Shown here: one piece after another, positions 1-9,900 of the stretch
Layout: every line of letters starts with the position of its first letter
How positions within the stretch are numbered: the first letter of the stretch is position 1
From: Cytophagales bacterium
GTDB taxonomy: Bacteria > Bacteroidota > Bacteroidia > Cytophagales > Cyclobacteriaceae
NCBI GenBank assembly: GCA_043757225.1
Contig: JAYVPS010000163.1
Coordinates: 1 to 63,165 of the forward strand
Direction of reading: 5' to 3'
Length of the DNA stretch: 63,165 nucleotides
Notes under the pieces: model-generated
Told to the model about the DNA's origin: nothing
The model's database searches: none
Seen by the model: the letters and a program-made list of their open reading frames with translations, nothing else
Program-made: the position numbers and the translations under genes

Positions 1-151
1 TGAATTATAGCGATAGTTGCATTTTTGGTGTAGCAATACGAAGTAGTAATGATCTTCTATGTGTGTGAAATGAAAAGATCATCACCTCGGGTATTAGCCA
101 GACCATTAAGCCCTTTTTTTTTCTTTAGATTTAAAAACCTAATTTGCGTTA

Positions 152-583
152 ATGATGCAGCCCATAGAATTTGATCAATCTAATTGGCCGATTTTAGTAA
201 TAAAGCACCCCGAGGAGCCTGTTGATAAAGAATTTACCATTCCCTATTTGGAAACTCTTGAAGGATATTTTAATCGCGGAGAAAAATTTTGCGCTGTTTT
301 CATTGTAACAGGCTCAAAACCTCCAACGGCAGAGCATCGGTTTATGGTAGCCAATTGGGTAAAGCAAAAAGAATCACTGATAAAATCTGTTATTCTAGGC
401 ACTGCTTATGTAATGCCGAGTTTGATTCAGAAATTAGCTTTAATTACTTTTCTTAAATTCCTTGACACGACTGAAATTATTAGCCCTGTGAAAGTTTTTA
501 GAAGCTACACCAAAGCAATGACCTGGGCTAACGAGCGCTGCCAATCTCTAAAGCTGCCTCTTCTCGCGGAAGAGAAAAACTGA
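152..583 (+). CDS. STAS/SEC14 (SpoIIAA-like) domain protein, putative
   Basis: 143-aa ORF; WPILVI start, alternating alpha/beta pattern and C-terminal P-x-K-V-F-(x5)-A-x-x-W resemble STAS/SEC14-like small proteins. Confidence 0.5.
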   Translation: MMQPIEFDQSNWPILVIKHPEEPVDKEFTIPYLETLEGYFNRGEKFCAVFIVTGSKPPTAEHRFMVANWVKQKESLIKSVILGTAYVMPSLIQKLALITFLKFLDTTEIISPVKVFRSYTKAMTWANERCQSLKLPLLAEEKN

Positions 584-1967
584 AGCTCGAGCCCTGACCA
601 AGAGAAGAAGTAAAAGAAATTTCTCCTGATAGCTTTTGTAAAGTTTCCTTTACTATAAAAAGACCAAGGCCTGATCCTTTCGATTTTTCTGAAGCACGGA
701 AAAACATTCTAAAAATATTATGATGATGTTCCTTTCCAATTCCATAGCCGTTGTCGGTAATGTGAATGGTTATTTTTGACCGCTCATTCTCCATTGAAAT
801 ACGAACGTATTTGTTCACTTTGTGTTCATCGCAATAATTGATTGAGTTTGCTAAAAGGTTATTGATGATAATTGTTAATCTATCTTTATCAGTCACAATC
901 TCCAAATCGTCTGGCAGTTCAATTTGAAAATCAATTTTATCTGCACCTTTATTAAATAATAAAGTATCAATGATTTGATATACCAAAAATTTCAAGTTGA
1001 TCTTCTCAATCTTGAGTTCAGTTCTTAAATTTTTTGCGTAGTCCAAAATTTCGTGAATCACATTGTCTTGCACTATCACTCGATCTTTAATCATGCTAAG
1101 ACAAGATTTTGCTTCTTTCAAATCGCGTGTTCTCATTCCTATATCCACTAGTCCTAAAATAGAGCTCAGCGGAGCTCTGAGATCATGAGATGTACTGTAC
1201 ATGAAACTGTCCATCTCTTGATTAATCTTTAGCAACTCGGCATTTTGCTTTTCCAGCAATTTATTTTGCTCCATCATTCTCAGTTGAGTTTCCTTTTGAG
1301 TTGAAATGTTTCTTACAAAGGCTACCACAGTTTCTGAATCGGAAGGTATAAGTGTAGTTTCAAAAAAATTATCTACGCCATTGACTTGAATCTGGTATTC
1401 AAAAATCTGTGTGTGATGGCTATCATGAGCTTCTTTAATTTTATCCATTACCCTCATCGCTAATTCTTCAGGGAAGGTATCCGAAACTTTAGCTCCAAGA
1501 ATATTTTTTTTATCGATTAATAAATCCTGACTGTTGCCCACAAAAAAATCTTTATAAGTTCCATCGCGGCTAATCCAAAAAATCAAATCGGTAATGTTGC
1601 TGAGTATGTCTTCATTCTTCTTGCGCAAATGATAATTTTCAGTGATGTCGCGAATAAATGAAACTACTTCTCCGGGCGAGGTGGGAATCATGCGCGCCTC
1701 AAAAAAATAAGTCCCTAAGGGCAGTTGCAAGGAGTATTCAAATCGTGTGTCCTTTTTTTCACTTAATGCCGAAGCAATTGCATGGAGTGCATTCTTTACA
1801 ACAGATGGTTCAAAGTAGTCTTTAAGGTTTTTGCCAATAATCTGATCAGCTGATACCATCAGCAGTTTGCTTTGTGTGTGGTAATAATCCAGAAAATTGC
1901 CATCTCTGTCGAGGCGAAAAATAAGATCAGGGGAGGCTTGCACTACCCATTCAAAACGATCATTCAT
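528..1967 (-). CDS. PAS-domain sensor histidine kinase (cytoplasmic, two PAS domains)
   Basis: Two PAS-like repeats ending RDIT/RNIS; H-box SHDLRAPL; N-box NLLANSI; G boxes DNGYGI and GSGLGL. Confidence 0.93.
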   Translation of the reverse strand: MNDRFEWVVQASPDLIFRLDRDGNFLDYYHTQSKLLMVSADQIIGKNLKDYFEPSVVKNALHAIASALSEKKDTRFEYSLQLPLGTYFFEARMIPTSPGEVVSFIRDITENYHLRKKNEDILSNITDLIFWISRDGTYKDFFVGNSQDLLIDKKNILGAKVSDTFPEELAMRVMDKIKEAHDSHHTQIFEYQIQVNGVDNFFETTLIPSDSETVVAFVRNISTQKETQLRMMEQNKLLEKQNAELLKINQEMDSFMYSTSHDLRAPLSSILGLVDIGMRTRDLKEAKSCLSMIKDRVIVQDNVIHEILDYAKNLRTELKIEKINLKFLVYQIIDTLLFNKGADKIDFQIELPDDLEIVTDKDRLTIIINNLLANSINYCDEHKVNKYVRISMENERSKITIHITDNGYGIGKEHHHNIFRMFFRASEKSKGSGLGLFIVKETLQKLSGEISFTSSLGQGSSFSFSLPREEAALEIGSAR

Positions 1968-2036
1968 AGGATGCTGTTGCTTGTAAATGTAACGACATTA
2001 ACTTTCAAATATGGCATATTTAACCAAATGCAATTT

Positions 2037-2357
2037 TTATAAACCTACAAAAACCCCATCCGTATTTTCTTTTACCGGATAGATTATCAAATCGCTGGAA
2101 CGCTCGGCACTTTCTCTTCCTGTCTTTAAGCTAAACCTATATCCATGCCACGGACAAACCACTTCGCCCAAGTAATTTACAGTCCCCTTACTTAGAGATT
2201 CCCCATTGTGCGAACATTTATTTTCAATGGCAAGCAAAGTGCCTTCTCTCTTTACCAAACAAATTGATACGCCATGAACGATTAAAAGCTGCGGCATATT
2301 TTCTTTCAATCGTTGATGTAATTCTGTTGCCGATGAAAATACTTTTACCCACTCCAT
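2037..2357 (-). CDS. Rieske [2Fe-2S] ferredoxin (NirD-like)
   Basis: CSH...CPWHG Rieske ligand motifs. Confidence 0.9.
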   Translation of the reverse strand: MEWVKVFSSATELHQRLKENMPQLLIVHGVSICLVKREGTLLAIENKCSHNGESLSKGTVNYLGEVVCPWHGYRFSLKTGRESAERSSDLIIYPVKENTDGVFVGL

Positions 2358-2420
2358 ACCAATCTTGTTGGTTGATCTTCTTCTTTTATTTACCTTGACT
2401 AATTCTTACCCATTAAAATT

Positions 2421-3731
2421 ATGAACAAAATCTTATTACTCACTTGTTTTTTGTTGATCACTTCTTCCTGTATTTCGCAAGTTAACCCTAAGCTTCAGGC
2501 AAAGATAGACCAAGAAGCCCAAGACATTGAAGCCAAAGTAATAGAATGGCGCAGGTATTTTCACCAAAATCCTGAACTATCAAACCGTGAAGTTAAAACT
2601 GGGGCGAAGATTGCCGAACACCTCAAATCGTTGGGCATGGAAGTGAAATATCCCGTGGCCAAAACCGGTGTGGTTGGATTGCTGAAGGGCGGAAAACCCG
2701 GGCCTGTAGTAGCCCTTCGGGCTGATATGGATGCCCTGCCAGTAACAGAAAGAAATTCACTGCCTTTTGCATCAAAAGAAAAATTAACTTTCAACGGCCA
2801 GGAAACCGGGGTAATGCATGCGTGTGGCCACGATGCCCATATGTCTATCTTAATGGCAGTAGCAGAAATACTCACTAAAAATAAAAGTGAACTTAAGGGG
2901 TCTGTTAAATTTCTTTTTCAACCTGCTGAAGAAGGTGGCTCTGCAGCAGACGGCACTTCAGGCGCGGAGTTGATGATTAAAGAAGGCGTTTTAGAAAACC
3001 CAAAAGTAGATGTTGTCTTTGGTTTGCACATTCAATCATTATTGCCAAGCGGAAAAATTGCTTACCGGTCAGAAGGGTTGATGGCTGCAGTTGATGGTCT
3101 GTCTATTAAAGTAATGGGTAAAGGTGCACACGGTGCAACTCCATGGGATGGAGTTGACCCCATCTATGTGGCAAGCCAAATTGTAACAGGTTTGCAAGCA
3201 GTGGTAAGTCGCCAAACTGACCTGACCAAAGCGGGTGTGGTGGTTACCATCGGAAGCATTCATGCAGGTAACCGCGGGAATATCATTCCGGAAACGGCTA
3301 CAATGGAGGGAACCATTCGGACATTCGATGTGGATATGCAAAAGAAATTTCATGAAAAAATTAAGTTAACCGTTTCGAAAATAGCGGAAGCAAGTGGGGC
3401 AACCGCTGAAGCGATTATAAAAAATGGATATCCGGTTACTTACAATGATCCCGCTTTGACGCAACAAATGGCCGGCTCATTGCAACGGGTAGCCGGTAAA
3501 GAAAATATCATTATCACACAAGCCGTAACCATGGCGGAGGATTTTTCATTTTTTCAACAAAAAGTGCCCGGGTTGTTTTTCTTTTTGGGTGCTTATCCCG
3601 CTGAAATGAAATTAGCCAATGCTCCGGTTCATCATACCGCTGATTTTATGATTGATGAAAAGTCATTTGTAACAGGCGTAAAGGCTTTGCTGGGATTAAC
3701 AATCGATTATATGTATCAACCTAAAAAATAA
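2421..3731 (+). CDS. M20D family amidohydrolase, exported
   Basis: Signal peptide; HQNPELS, ALRADMDALP, MHACGHD, FQPAEEG, AEDF motifs. Confidence 0.93.
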   Translation: MNKILLLTCFLLITSSCISQVNPKLQAKIDQEAQDIEAKVIEWRRYFHQNPELSNREVKTGAKIAEHLKSLGMEVKYPVAKTGVVGLLKGGKPGPVVALRADMDALPVTERNSLPFASKEKLTFNGQETGVMHACGHDAHMSILMAVAEILTKNKSELKGSVKFLFQPAEEGGSAADGTSGAELMIKEGVLENPKVDVVFGLHIQSLLPSGKIAYRSEGLMAAVDGLSIKVMGKGAHGATPWDGVDPIYVASQIVTGLQAVVSRQTDLTKAGVVVTIGSIHAGNRGNIIPETATMEGTIRTFDVDMQKKFHEKIKLTVSKIAEASGATAEAIIKNGYPVTYNDPALTQQMAGSLQRVAGKENIIITQAVTMAEDFSFFQQKVPGLFFFLGAYPAEMKLANAPVHHTADFMIDEKSFVTGVKALLGLTIDYMYQPKK

Positions 3732-3733
3732 TT

Positions 3734-4660
3734 ATGAAAAATAATAATAGGGTAACCCCAATATTAGTCCTGTCGAAGGAGAATATGCGAGGGAAGATCT
3801 ATCTAACTATTTTTCTGCTGAGCGTAATCATTACAAATTCCTTCTCCCAAACCGGATCAGAAATTATTCTTTTCGATGTGAAGGTGAAAAAGGGCAAGGT
3901 CATTCTTTCAAATCCAAAGAACATCACTAATCGTAAGGGCTATGACAACCAGCCTTCGTTTCATCGAAGTGAGTCACTGGCTTATTATTCTTCATTCAAT
4001 GAGGAAGGTGGTTCGGATATTAAGATTTACAACTATAAAACAGACGAAACTAAAGCATTGACACAAACCCAAGAGCGTGAGTATTCACCAACACTCACTC
4101 CCGATGGTAATTTTATTTCGTGCATTATTCAGCGCAATAATGATGCGCAAGATTTGGGCAAGTATCCAACTAATGGCGGTACTCCTACAACCCTCATTGA
4201 TAATTTGAAAGTAGGATACCATGCATGGATAGACGCAAACCACTTATTATTGTTTGTCCTGGGTGATCCTATAACGCTTCATCTTTATAATATACAAACG
4301 AAAGAAGATAAGGTGGTGGCCGATCACATCGGAAGATCATTGCACCGAATTCCCAATAAAAAGTCGATGAGTTTTATTAAAAAAACCACAGATACACAAT
4401 GGAGCATCATGCAACTCGATACAGAAACCCTGACTATCACCAAGATCATTGATTGTCTACCCGCACACGAAGACATCTGTTGGACTCCTGATGGCAGAAT
4501 TCTCACGAGCGATGGAACAAAAATTTATTCTGTCAATCCTGCCAAAGAAAAGGGCTGGAGTGAGGTTACACTATCAACCGGCTCTGAGTTTTTAAAAGGA
4601 GTAACTCGACTGGCTATTAATAAAAAGGGAGATAAGCTGGCGGTAGTAATAGCTGAGTAA
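3734..4660 (+). CDS. TolB-like/WD40 beta-propeller protein, exported
   Basis: Signal-like segment; YDNQPSF, EYSPTLTPDG, WTPDG propeller repeats; true start may be the later Met (MRGKIY). Confidence 0.7.
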   Translation: MKNNNRVTPILVLSKENMRGKIYLTIFLLSVIITNSFSQTGSEIILFDVKVKKGKVILSNPKNITNRKGYDNQPSFHRSESLAYYSSFNEEGGSDIKIYNYKTDETKALTQTQEREYSPTLTPDGNFISCIIQRNNDAQDLGKYPTNGGTPTTLIDNLKVGYHAWIDANHLLLFVLGDPITLHLYNIQTKEDKVVADHIGRSLHRIPNKKSMSFIKKTTDTQWSIMQLDTETLTITKIIDCLPAHEDICWTPDGRILTSDGTKIYSVNPAKEKGWSEVTLSTGSEFLKGVTRLAINKKGDKLAVVIAE

Positions 4661-4671
4661 CGAAGGTTTTT

Positions 4672-5322
4672 TCACTTGGCTTCACACAAACTTCCCTTAG
4701 CAATCCAAAGTTTTTTAATGTCTGTCTGGAGTAGTCCTTCACGCACAGCCGGATCCATTTCAATAACCGTTGGATCGAGATCGCCTTTCATAATTAAAAT
4801 ACCACCATCGGTGTCGCCAAAAGTGCCTTCAGAGATTACATTGCCTGTCTTCTTTATTCCTTTCAGGTAATCATCGTGTTTACCAAAAATTTCTGGAACA
4901 TCTTGTATGTTAAACTTAGCTATATAGGAAGTGTAGCGAATGAATTGATAAGAAGTCATTTCATAGGGTTCCTTTACAGAACAGGTTTGCCCGGTGCGGA
5001 AAGTGAAAGGAAGAATTTCTACTTTCCATCGCTCTGCCCGAATGCCCGGATCGCTCGCCAGCCATTGTGTTACTTCTTCTACTGAGGTTGAGTTGAAAAT
5101 AAAAATTCCTCCACCGCCATCAAAAGGACCAGCCGCCAGCAACCTTCCGTCTTTTGCCATTTTGCTCATGTTCGCCATATGTCCCTCCATCAGCTTATCT
5201 AATTTTTCTTTTGGCAACACAGGAATGTCGGTGCGTTTATTGAGAAAAACAAAAATACGCGAGGGATGTTCGGATGAGGCAAAAGAAGAAATCCAAAGTA
5301 AAAGAATAAGGAATGGTTTCAT
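4672..5322 (-). CDS. Tandem YciI-domain protein with signal peptide
   Basis: Two copies of H...G(P/T)F..GG..I..DP YciI pattern. Confidence 0.75.
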   Translation of the reverse strand: MKPFLILLLWISSFASSEHPSRIFVFLNKRTDIPVLPKEKLDKLMEGHMANMSKMAKDGRLLAAGPFDGGGGIFIFNSTSVEEVTQWLASDPGIRAERWKVEILPFTFRTGQTCSVKEPYEMTSYQFIRYTSYIAKFNIQDVPEIFGKHDDYLKGIKKTGNVISEGTFGDTDGGILIMKGDLDPTVIEMDPAVREGLLQTDIKKLWIAKGSLCEAK

Positions 5323-5336
5323 GGTGATAAATAAAG

Positions 5337-6254
5337 TTAGTTTTTTTCTAAAAAATCCAACAATTCATGCATAACAATTTTGGGCTTCTCCATGTGCGGC
5401 AAATGTCCACAATCTTCTACCGGCAGAAAACGTGGGTGCAAGGTTTCGATTAAAACCGTATGATCACTAAAAGGAACCGTGGGGTCTTGCTTTCCCCAGA
5501 TAAGAAATACCGGTGTTTTATTTTTTGCAATAGTTTTGAATACCTCAGGGTCAACCTGATAATGATAGACTGTAGAAATCAATCCTCGAATGAAACCCTT
5601 GTACTTCATTTGCTCCTTATATTTTTCATTCCAACCGGGAAAATTTGCAGGGTGCAAAAAATCACTTGACTGATTGGTAAAATCTGACAAGCCAAAAGCA
5701 ATCGTGGTGTAGTAGGTGAATAATTCAGGCCACCCGGGTTTTTTAAATGGCTTAACAACAGGATCGATCAACGTAAGAGTTTTTATTTTCTCAGGATGAT
5801 GTGCTGTAAAGTAAGTGGTGACTGGTCCCCCAAAGGATAGGCCAATCAAATGTACTGGTGTATTTAGTTTAAGTGCATCCATCAAGTCGAACAATTGGCG
5901 ATCATACACTTCTTGCTGATAGTCTATAATGAGGCGATCAGAAAAGCCTCTGCCATAGGTGTCATATCTTATTACCCTATACCCTCTAGCAACAAGTGAA
6001 TAGAAAGCACTATCCCAGATATAGTAAGGAACACTGAAGCCATGCACCAATACTACTGTTTCAGCCGTATCAGAGCCGGCCATTTCATAGTGAGTAATGC
6101 CCTGGCTCAGGGATACGTAATTACCCGGTGTGTTAGCGCCTGCACTTTCATTCAACGTCTCCGTCTCCAAATTATTGATGAAGAAGGGCATTGCTAATGC
6201 AACCGCAACTACTACTATCATAATCAGCGCAATGCGAATAATTTTAAGTAACAT
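5337..6254 (-). CDS. Alpha/beta fold hydrolase with N-terminal membrane anchor
   Basis: VLVHGF, DTYGRGFS, nucleophile elbow GLSFGG, WGKQD, CGHLPH; ATG at 6254 preferred over ORF-track start 6305. Confidence 0.9.
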   Translation of the reverse strand: MLLKIIRIALIMIVVVAVALAMPFFINNLETETLNESAGANTPGNYVSLSQGITHYEMAGSDTAETVVLVHGFSVPYYIWDSAFYSLVARGYRVIRYDTYGRGFSDRLIIDYQQEVYDRQLFDLMDALKLNTPVHLIGLSFGGPVTTYFTAHHPEKIKTLTLIDPVVKPFKKPGWPELFTYYTTIAFGLSDFTNQSSDFLHPANFPGWNEKYKEQMKYKGFIRGLISTVYHYQVDPEVFKTIAKNKTPVFLIWGKQDPTVPFSDHTVLIETLHPRFLPVEDCGHLPHMEKPKIVMHELLDFLEKN

Positions 6255-6359
6255 GTGAGATGGATTCAATACTTTAAGGCAACTTACAAAGAAAACATTC
6301 TCCAAGCCGACTTTCTATCGTGTGATTATTAATTTCTAACCTTGCCGATTTGCTAAGCG

Positions 6360-6857
6360 CTACTTGGGAAATTTATCTATTGGTACTTGAGTTAATATGG
6401 ATTTGAGGTTTGGGAGGTCAACATTATCAGCCGTAAGGCTGAGAAAAAATCGATTGCAAATGCCCAAAAAAATTTGAGATTGACCTGTTCGCTTTCGATA
6501 CGATTCCCACCCCGTGCAATTATCCATTGCCACGGCACGCATTACAATTGAATCAGTTTCTATGGGTTTAGCTTCCTTCCACGTACGCATCGCTTGGGTG
6601 TACATGATTTCTGCATTAGAAAAATCAAACAGAAGAAATTTAATGGATTTACCACCCTTTTCAAATTTTTTCTCACACAACATATAGGTAATATTTCCTA
6701 TCGTCATTTGTTTAGTTACAAACTCTTCGTTAGAAGAATATCCAGCAATTCTATCGGGCAATAACTTTAATATTTCCTCAGAGTTAAGTTCATGGGATTG
6801 TGCCAGCGAGCCATGCACCAAGATTATAAAAAGGTAAATGAAAAAATACCTCATCAT
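6360..6857 (-). CDS. Hypothetical exported protein
   Basis: 165-aa ORF with signal-like N-terminus; no recognised motif. Confidence 0.6.
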   Translation of the reverse strand: MMRYFFIYLFIILVHGSLAQSHELNSEEILKLLPDRIAGYSSNEEFVTKQMTIGNITYMLCEKKFEKGGKSIKFLLFDFSNAEIMYTQAMRTWKEAKPIETDSIVMRAVAMDNCTGWESYRKRTGQSQIFLGICNRFFLSLTADNVDLPNLKSILTQVPIDKFPK

Positions 6858-6881
6858 TTTAATGTACTAAATCTTGCTATT

Positions 6882-8463
6882 TCACTTAAGGGTCTTTTGT
6901 AAATCCAGATCTTGAAAATCAAAGCTAAAGTCAATATTCGGTGAAATACCCCGCATCTGAATTCTGTTTGCTCTTCCCTCCTCATCCAAACTAAAGGTGG
7001 CAAATGCGTCACATTCCATATCCTGATAATCCCATTTAATGGCAAACGTATTCGCCTTGTTGAAAGACATTTTACCGGTCAGTTTTGGAGAGCGCACTGC
7101 CGAAAACCATAGCTGTTTATCTTTTACGGTAATCTTCACCTCTCCAAACCATTTGTCCCGATAGGTACCAACAAAGTTTTCCAATTTCAGGTGGTCAGAT
7201 TTTGCATTTTTAACCGTAGCCCATACAGCTGTGGTTACAGAATCTCCCGCATTATTATTCTGATCAATTCTTTTTGCGGCAAAACTTATCCAATCCATTT
7301 TGGGTTTACCTAAATAAGAATCTAGTATGGCTCCCGAAATGGTTTGAAAACTATACCCACCTTGGATCTGTGTTGGTAAGTACAATTACTCCTACGTTCA
7401 ATTCAGGAATCATGGCTGTGCGAGAAAGCATGCCCGGTAATCCACCGGTATGGCTTATAATAATATATCCTACTTGATCTTCTATACCCCAACCCAGTCC
7501 GTAGGCATTTAGGTGTCTCTTACTTCTGGGATCTGGTTTTGTAGTAAAGTTGATGAGCGTGTGCGGGCGAAACATTTCCTTATGATTGTCGGCCGTAATC
7601 AGTTGCAATTTATTAGCGTCCCCATAGTGGGCATCGTTCAAATGCATAAGCAACCATTTGCTCAAATCATTTACGCTGGAGTAAATGCCTCCGGCAGCCC
7701 CTAACACTCCGTCTGTTTCGAAGGGCGCTAATTGTTTTAGTTCTCCTTTAACTACTGAGTGGGGCATCGCAGTATTTTGTTTGTCTTTCAGATTTTTATA
7801 TAAACCCGCAGAACGATTCATGCCAAGTGGTTTCATAATTCTGCTTTCGACAAAATTGCTCCAGCTCATTCCGCTTACACGTTGTACCACTTCTCCGGCT
7901 ACCATATACAATAGGTTATCATAATAGAACTTGGTACGAAAAGCTGAAACCTGCTTTTGATATTGAAAACTTTTTAAAACATCTTTAATAGTGAAGTCGC
8001 TGCCATCCGGGAAAAACATCAGGTCTCCTGCCCCTAAGCCTAAACCACTGCGATGAGTAAGCAAATCCTGAATATTAAAATTGGCAGTGATATAGGGATC
8101 ATACATTTTAAATTCAGGAATGTGATCTACCACCTTGTCCTGCCATGACAATTTGCCCTCGTCAACCAGCATTGCGAGTGCTGCTGCCGTAAATGATTTG
8201 CTATTAGAAGCGATAGCAAACAGAGTGTTTTCATCCACTTTTTCCTTGCCCTTGACGCTCTCTACTCCGTATCCTTTGGCGTGCACAATTTTTCCATCTT
8301 TTATCACAGCCACAGCAATGCCTGCCAAAGGCATTTTTTCCATTGTTTTAGTGACAAGAGAATCAATCTGCTTCGAAGTTAAGGCTTGAGCTTCGGCAAG
8401 GCTACCGTTGGAAAGAAAAGAAAGAAAGACAATTGTTTTCAAAAAAATGAGTTGGCTTTTCAT
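6882..8463 (-). pseudogene. Serine hydrolase (beta-lactamase/AmpC-like with C-terminal DUF3471-type domain) split by a +1 frameshift near 7362
   Basis: SNSK (SxxK), YDN, HTGG motifs in 7351..8463; C-terminal domain continues in another frame (6882..7385); removing one A from CCAAGGTGGG gives LTNTDPGGYSFQ. Confidence 0.8.
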
Positions 8464-8589
8464 TTGGTCGGCTTTTAAGAAGAGGATACTATTTTTACGA
8501 ATATAATACTTCTGGCGGAAGAGAGAAGAATTTTACTTATTGCATCTTGATACTCAAACATGATATAGGGTTCTAAATTTTAAAGCGGA

Positions 8590-9876
8590 ATGAAAATAAA
8601 CGAAAAAGTTAGTTCAAGAAGCTCCTCAAGAAGAGACTTTATTAAGAAATCGGTCATCGCATTAGGAGCGTTTGCGATTGTGCCTCGCCACGTTTTGGGC
8701 GGACCCGGTTTTCTCGCACCGAGTGATACTCTCACCAAAGCAATCATTGGTGTTGGTGGTATGGGCCGTGGGCATATTGAATATGAAGGCACAAAATTAC
8801 TGGCCATGTGCGATGTTGATAAAACACACCTTAAAGATGCAATTACTTTGGCAGGAGGAAACGTCCGTGGTTATTCTGATTTTAGAGAACTCTTAGCGCA
8901 ACCCGATATTGATATAGTTCATATCGCAACACCTCCGCATTGGCATGGCATCATGTCGGTGATGGCGGCACAAGCAGGAAAAGATGTTTGGTGTGAGAAG
9001 CCGATGACGCGAACCATCGGAGAAGGTAAGCGCGTAATTGAAGCCATGGAACAATATGGCCGCATGTTTAGACTTAATACTTGGTTTCGATTTAAAGATA
9101 ATTTTTACGGAATGGAGACAACCGTTAAGCCACTGAAGAAAGCTGTGGAGAGTGGAATTTTAGGTTGGCCATTAAAAGTTACGATCAGTGGTGTGACGGG
9201 TTTTAACTGGAAATTTTATTGGGTCGGCAAAACCAATCTTGAACCAACACCTGTTCCTGCAGAATTAGACTATGATATGTGGCTGGGCCCGGCACAATAT
9301 AAACCATATAATCCTCACCGCGTGCACAGCACCTTCCGAGGCTATTGGGATTATGATGGAGGAGGCCTTGGTGACATGGGACAACATTACATTGATCCTG
9401 TACAATATTTTTTAGGAAAAGATAGTACGAGTCCGATTCGGGTTGATATCGATTCGCCACAACAACATGACGATGCGGTGGGTACGTGGAGAAGAATTGA
9501 ATTTACCTACGCTGATGGTTGTAAAATAATTCTGGATGGTGAAAACAAAGATGTTAACGCACCCTACATTGAAGGACCGAAAGGAAAAATTTACAGAGGA
9601 TTTAAATCAGATATTCCGAATATTTTGAAAGTGATTGATACCCTTCCTGATCCGGAAACACAAATTGGTACTTTTTCTGATGCGGTAAGAAACCGTAAAA
9701 AATTCGCGCTGAATGAATTGAATGGTCATCGTTCGGCCACCATTGTAAACATGGGCAAGATTGCGCTTCAGTTAGGAAGGTCACTGGATTTTGATCCTGT
9801 TAAACAAGAGTTTATTAATGATGAGGCCGCCAACCGTCTCATCAATCAACCGATGAGAGGTCCATGGAAAATCTAA
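8590..9876 (+). CDS. Gfo/Idh/MocA family oxidoreductase, Tat-exported
   Basis: SRRDFIK twin-arginine signal; IGVGGMG; ATPPHWH; CEKP; WLGPA. Confidence 0.93.
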   Translation: MKINEKVSSRSSSRRDFIKKSVIALGAFAIVPRHVLGGPGFLAPSDTLTKAIIGVGGMGRGHIEYEGTKLLAMCDVDKTHLKDAITLAGGNVRGYSDFRELLAQPDIDIVHIATPPHWHGIMSVMAAQAGKDVWCEKPMTRTIGEGKRVIEAMEQYGRMFRLNTWFRFKDNFYGMETTVKPLKKAVESGILGWPLKVTISGVTGFNWKFYWVGKTNLEPTPVPAELDYDMWLGPAQYKPYNPHRVHSTFRGYWDYDGGGLGDMGQHYIDPVQYFLGKDSTSPIRVDIDSPQQHDDAVGTWRRIEFTYADGCKIILDGENKDVNAPYIEGPKGKIYRGFKSDIPNILKVIDTLPDPETQIGTFSDAVRNRKKFALNELNGHRSATIVNMGKIALQLGRSLDFDPVKQEFINDEAANRLINQPMRGPWKI

Positions 9877-9900
9877 TCACCACACTAAGACTGAACTGAA

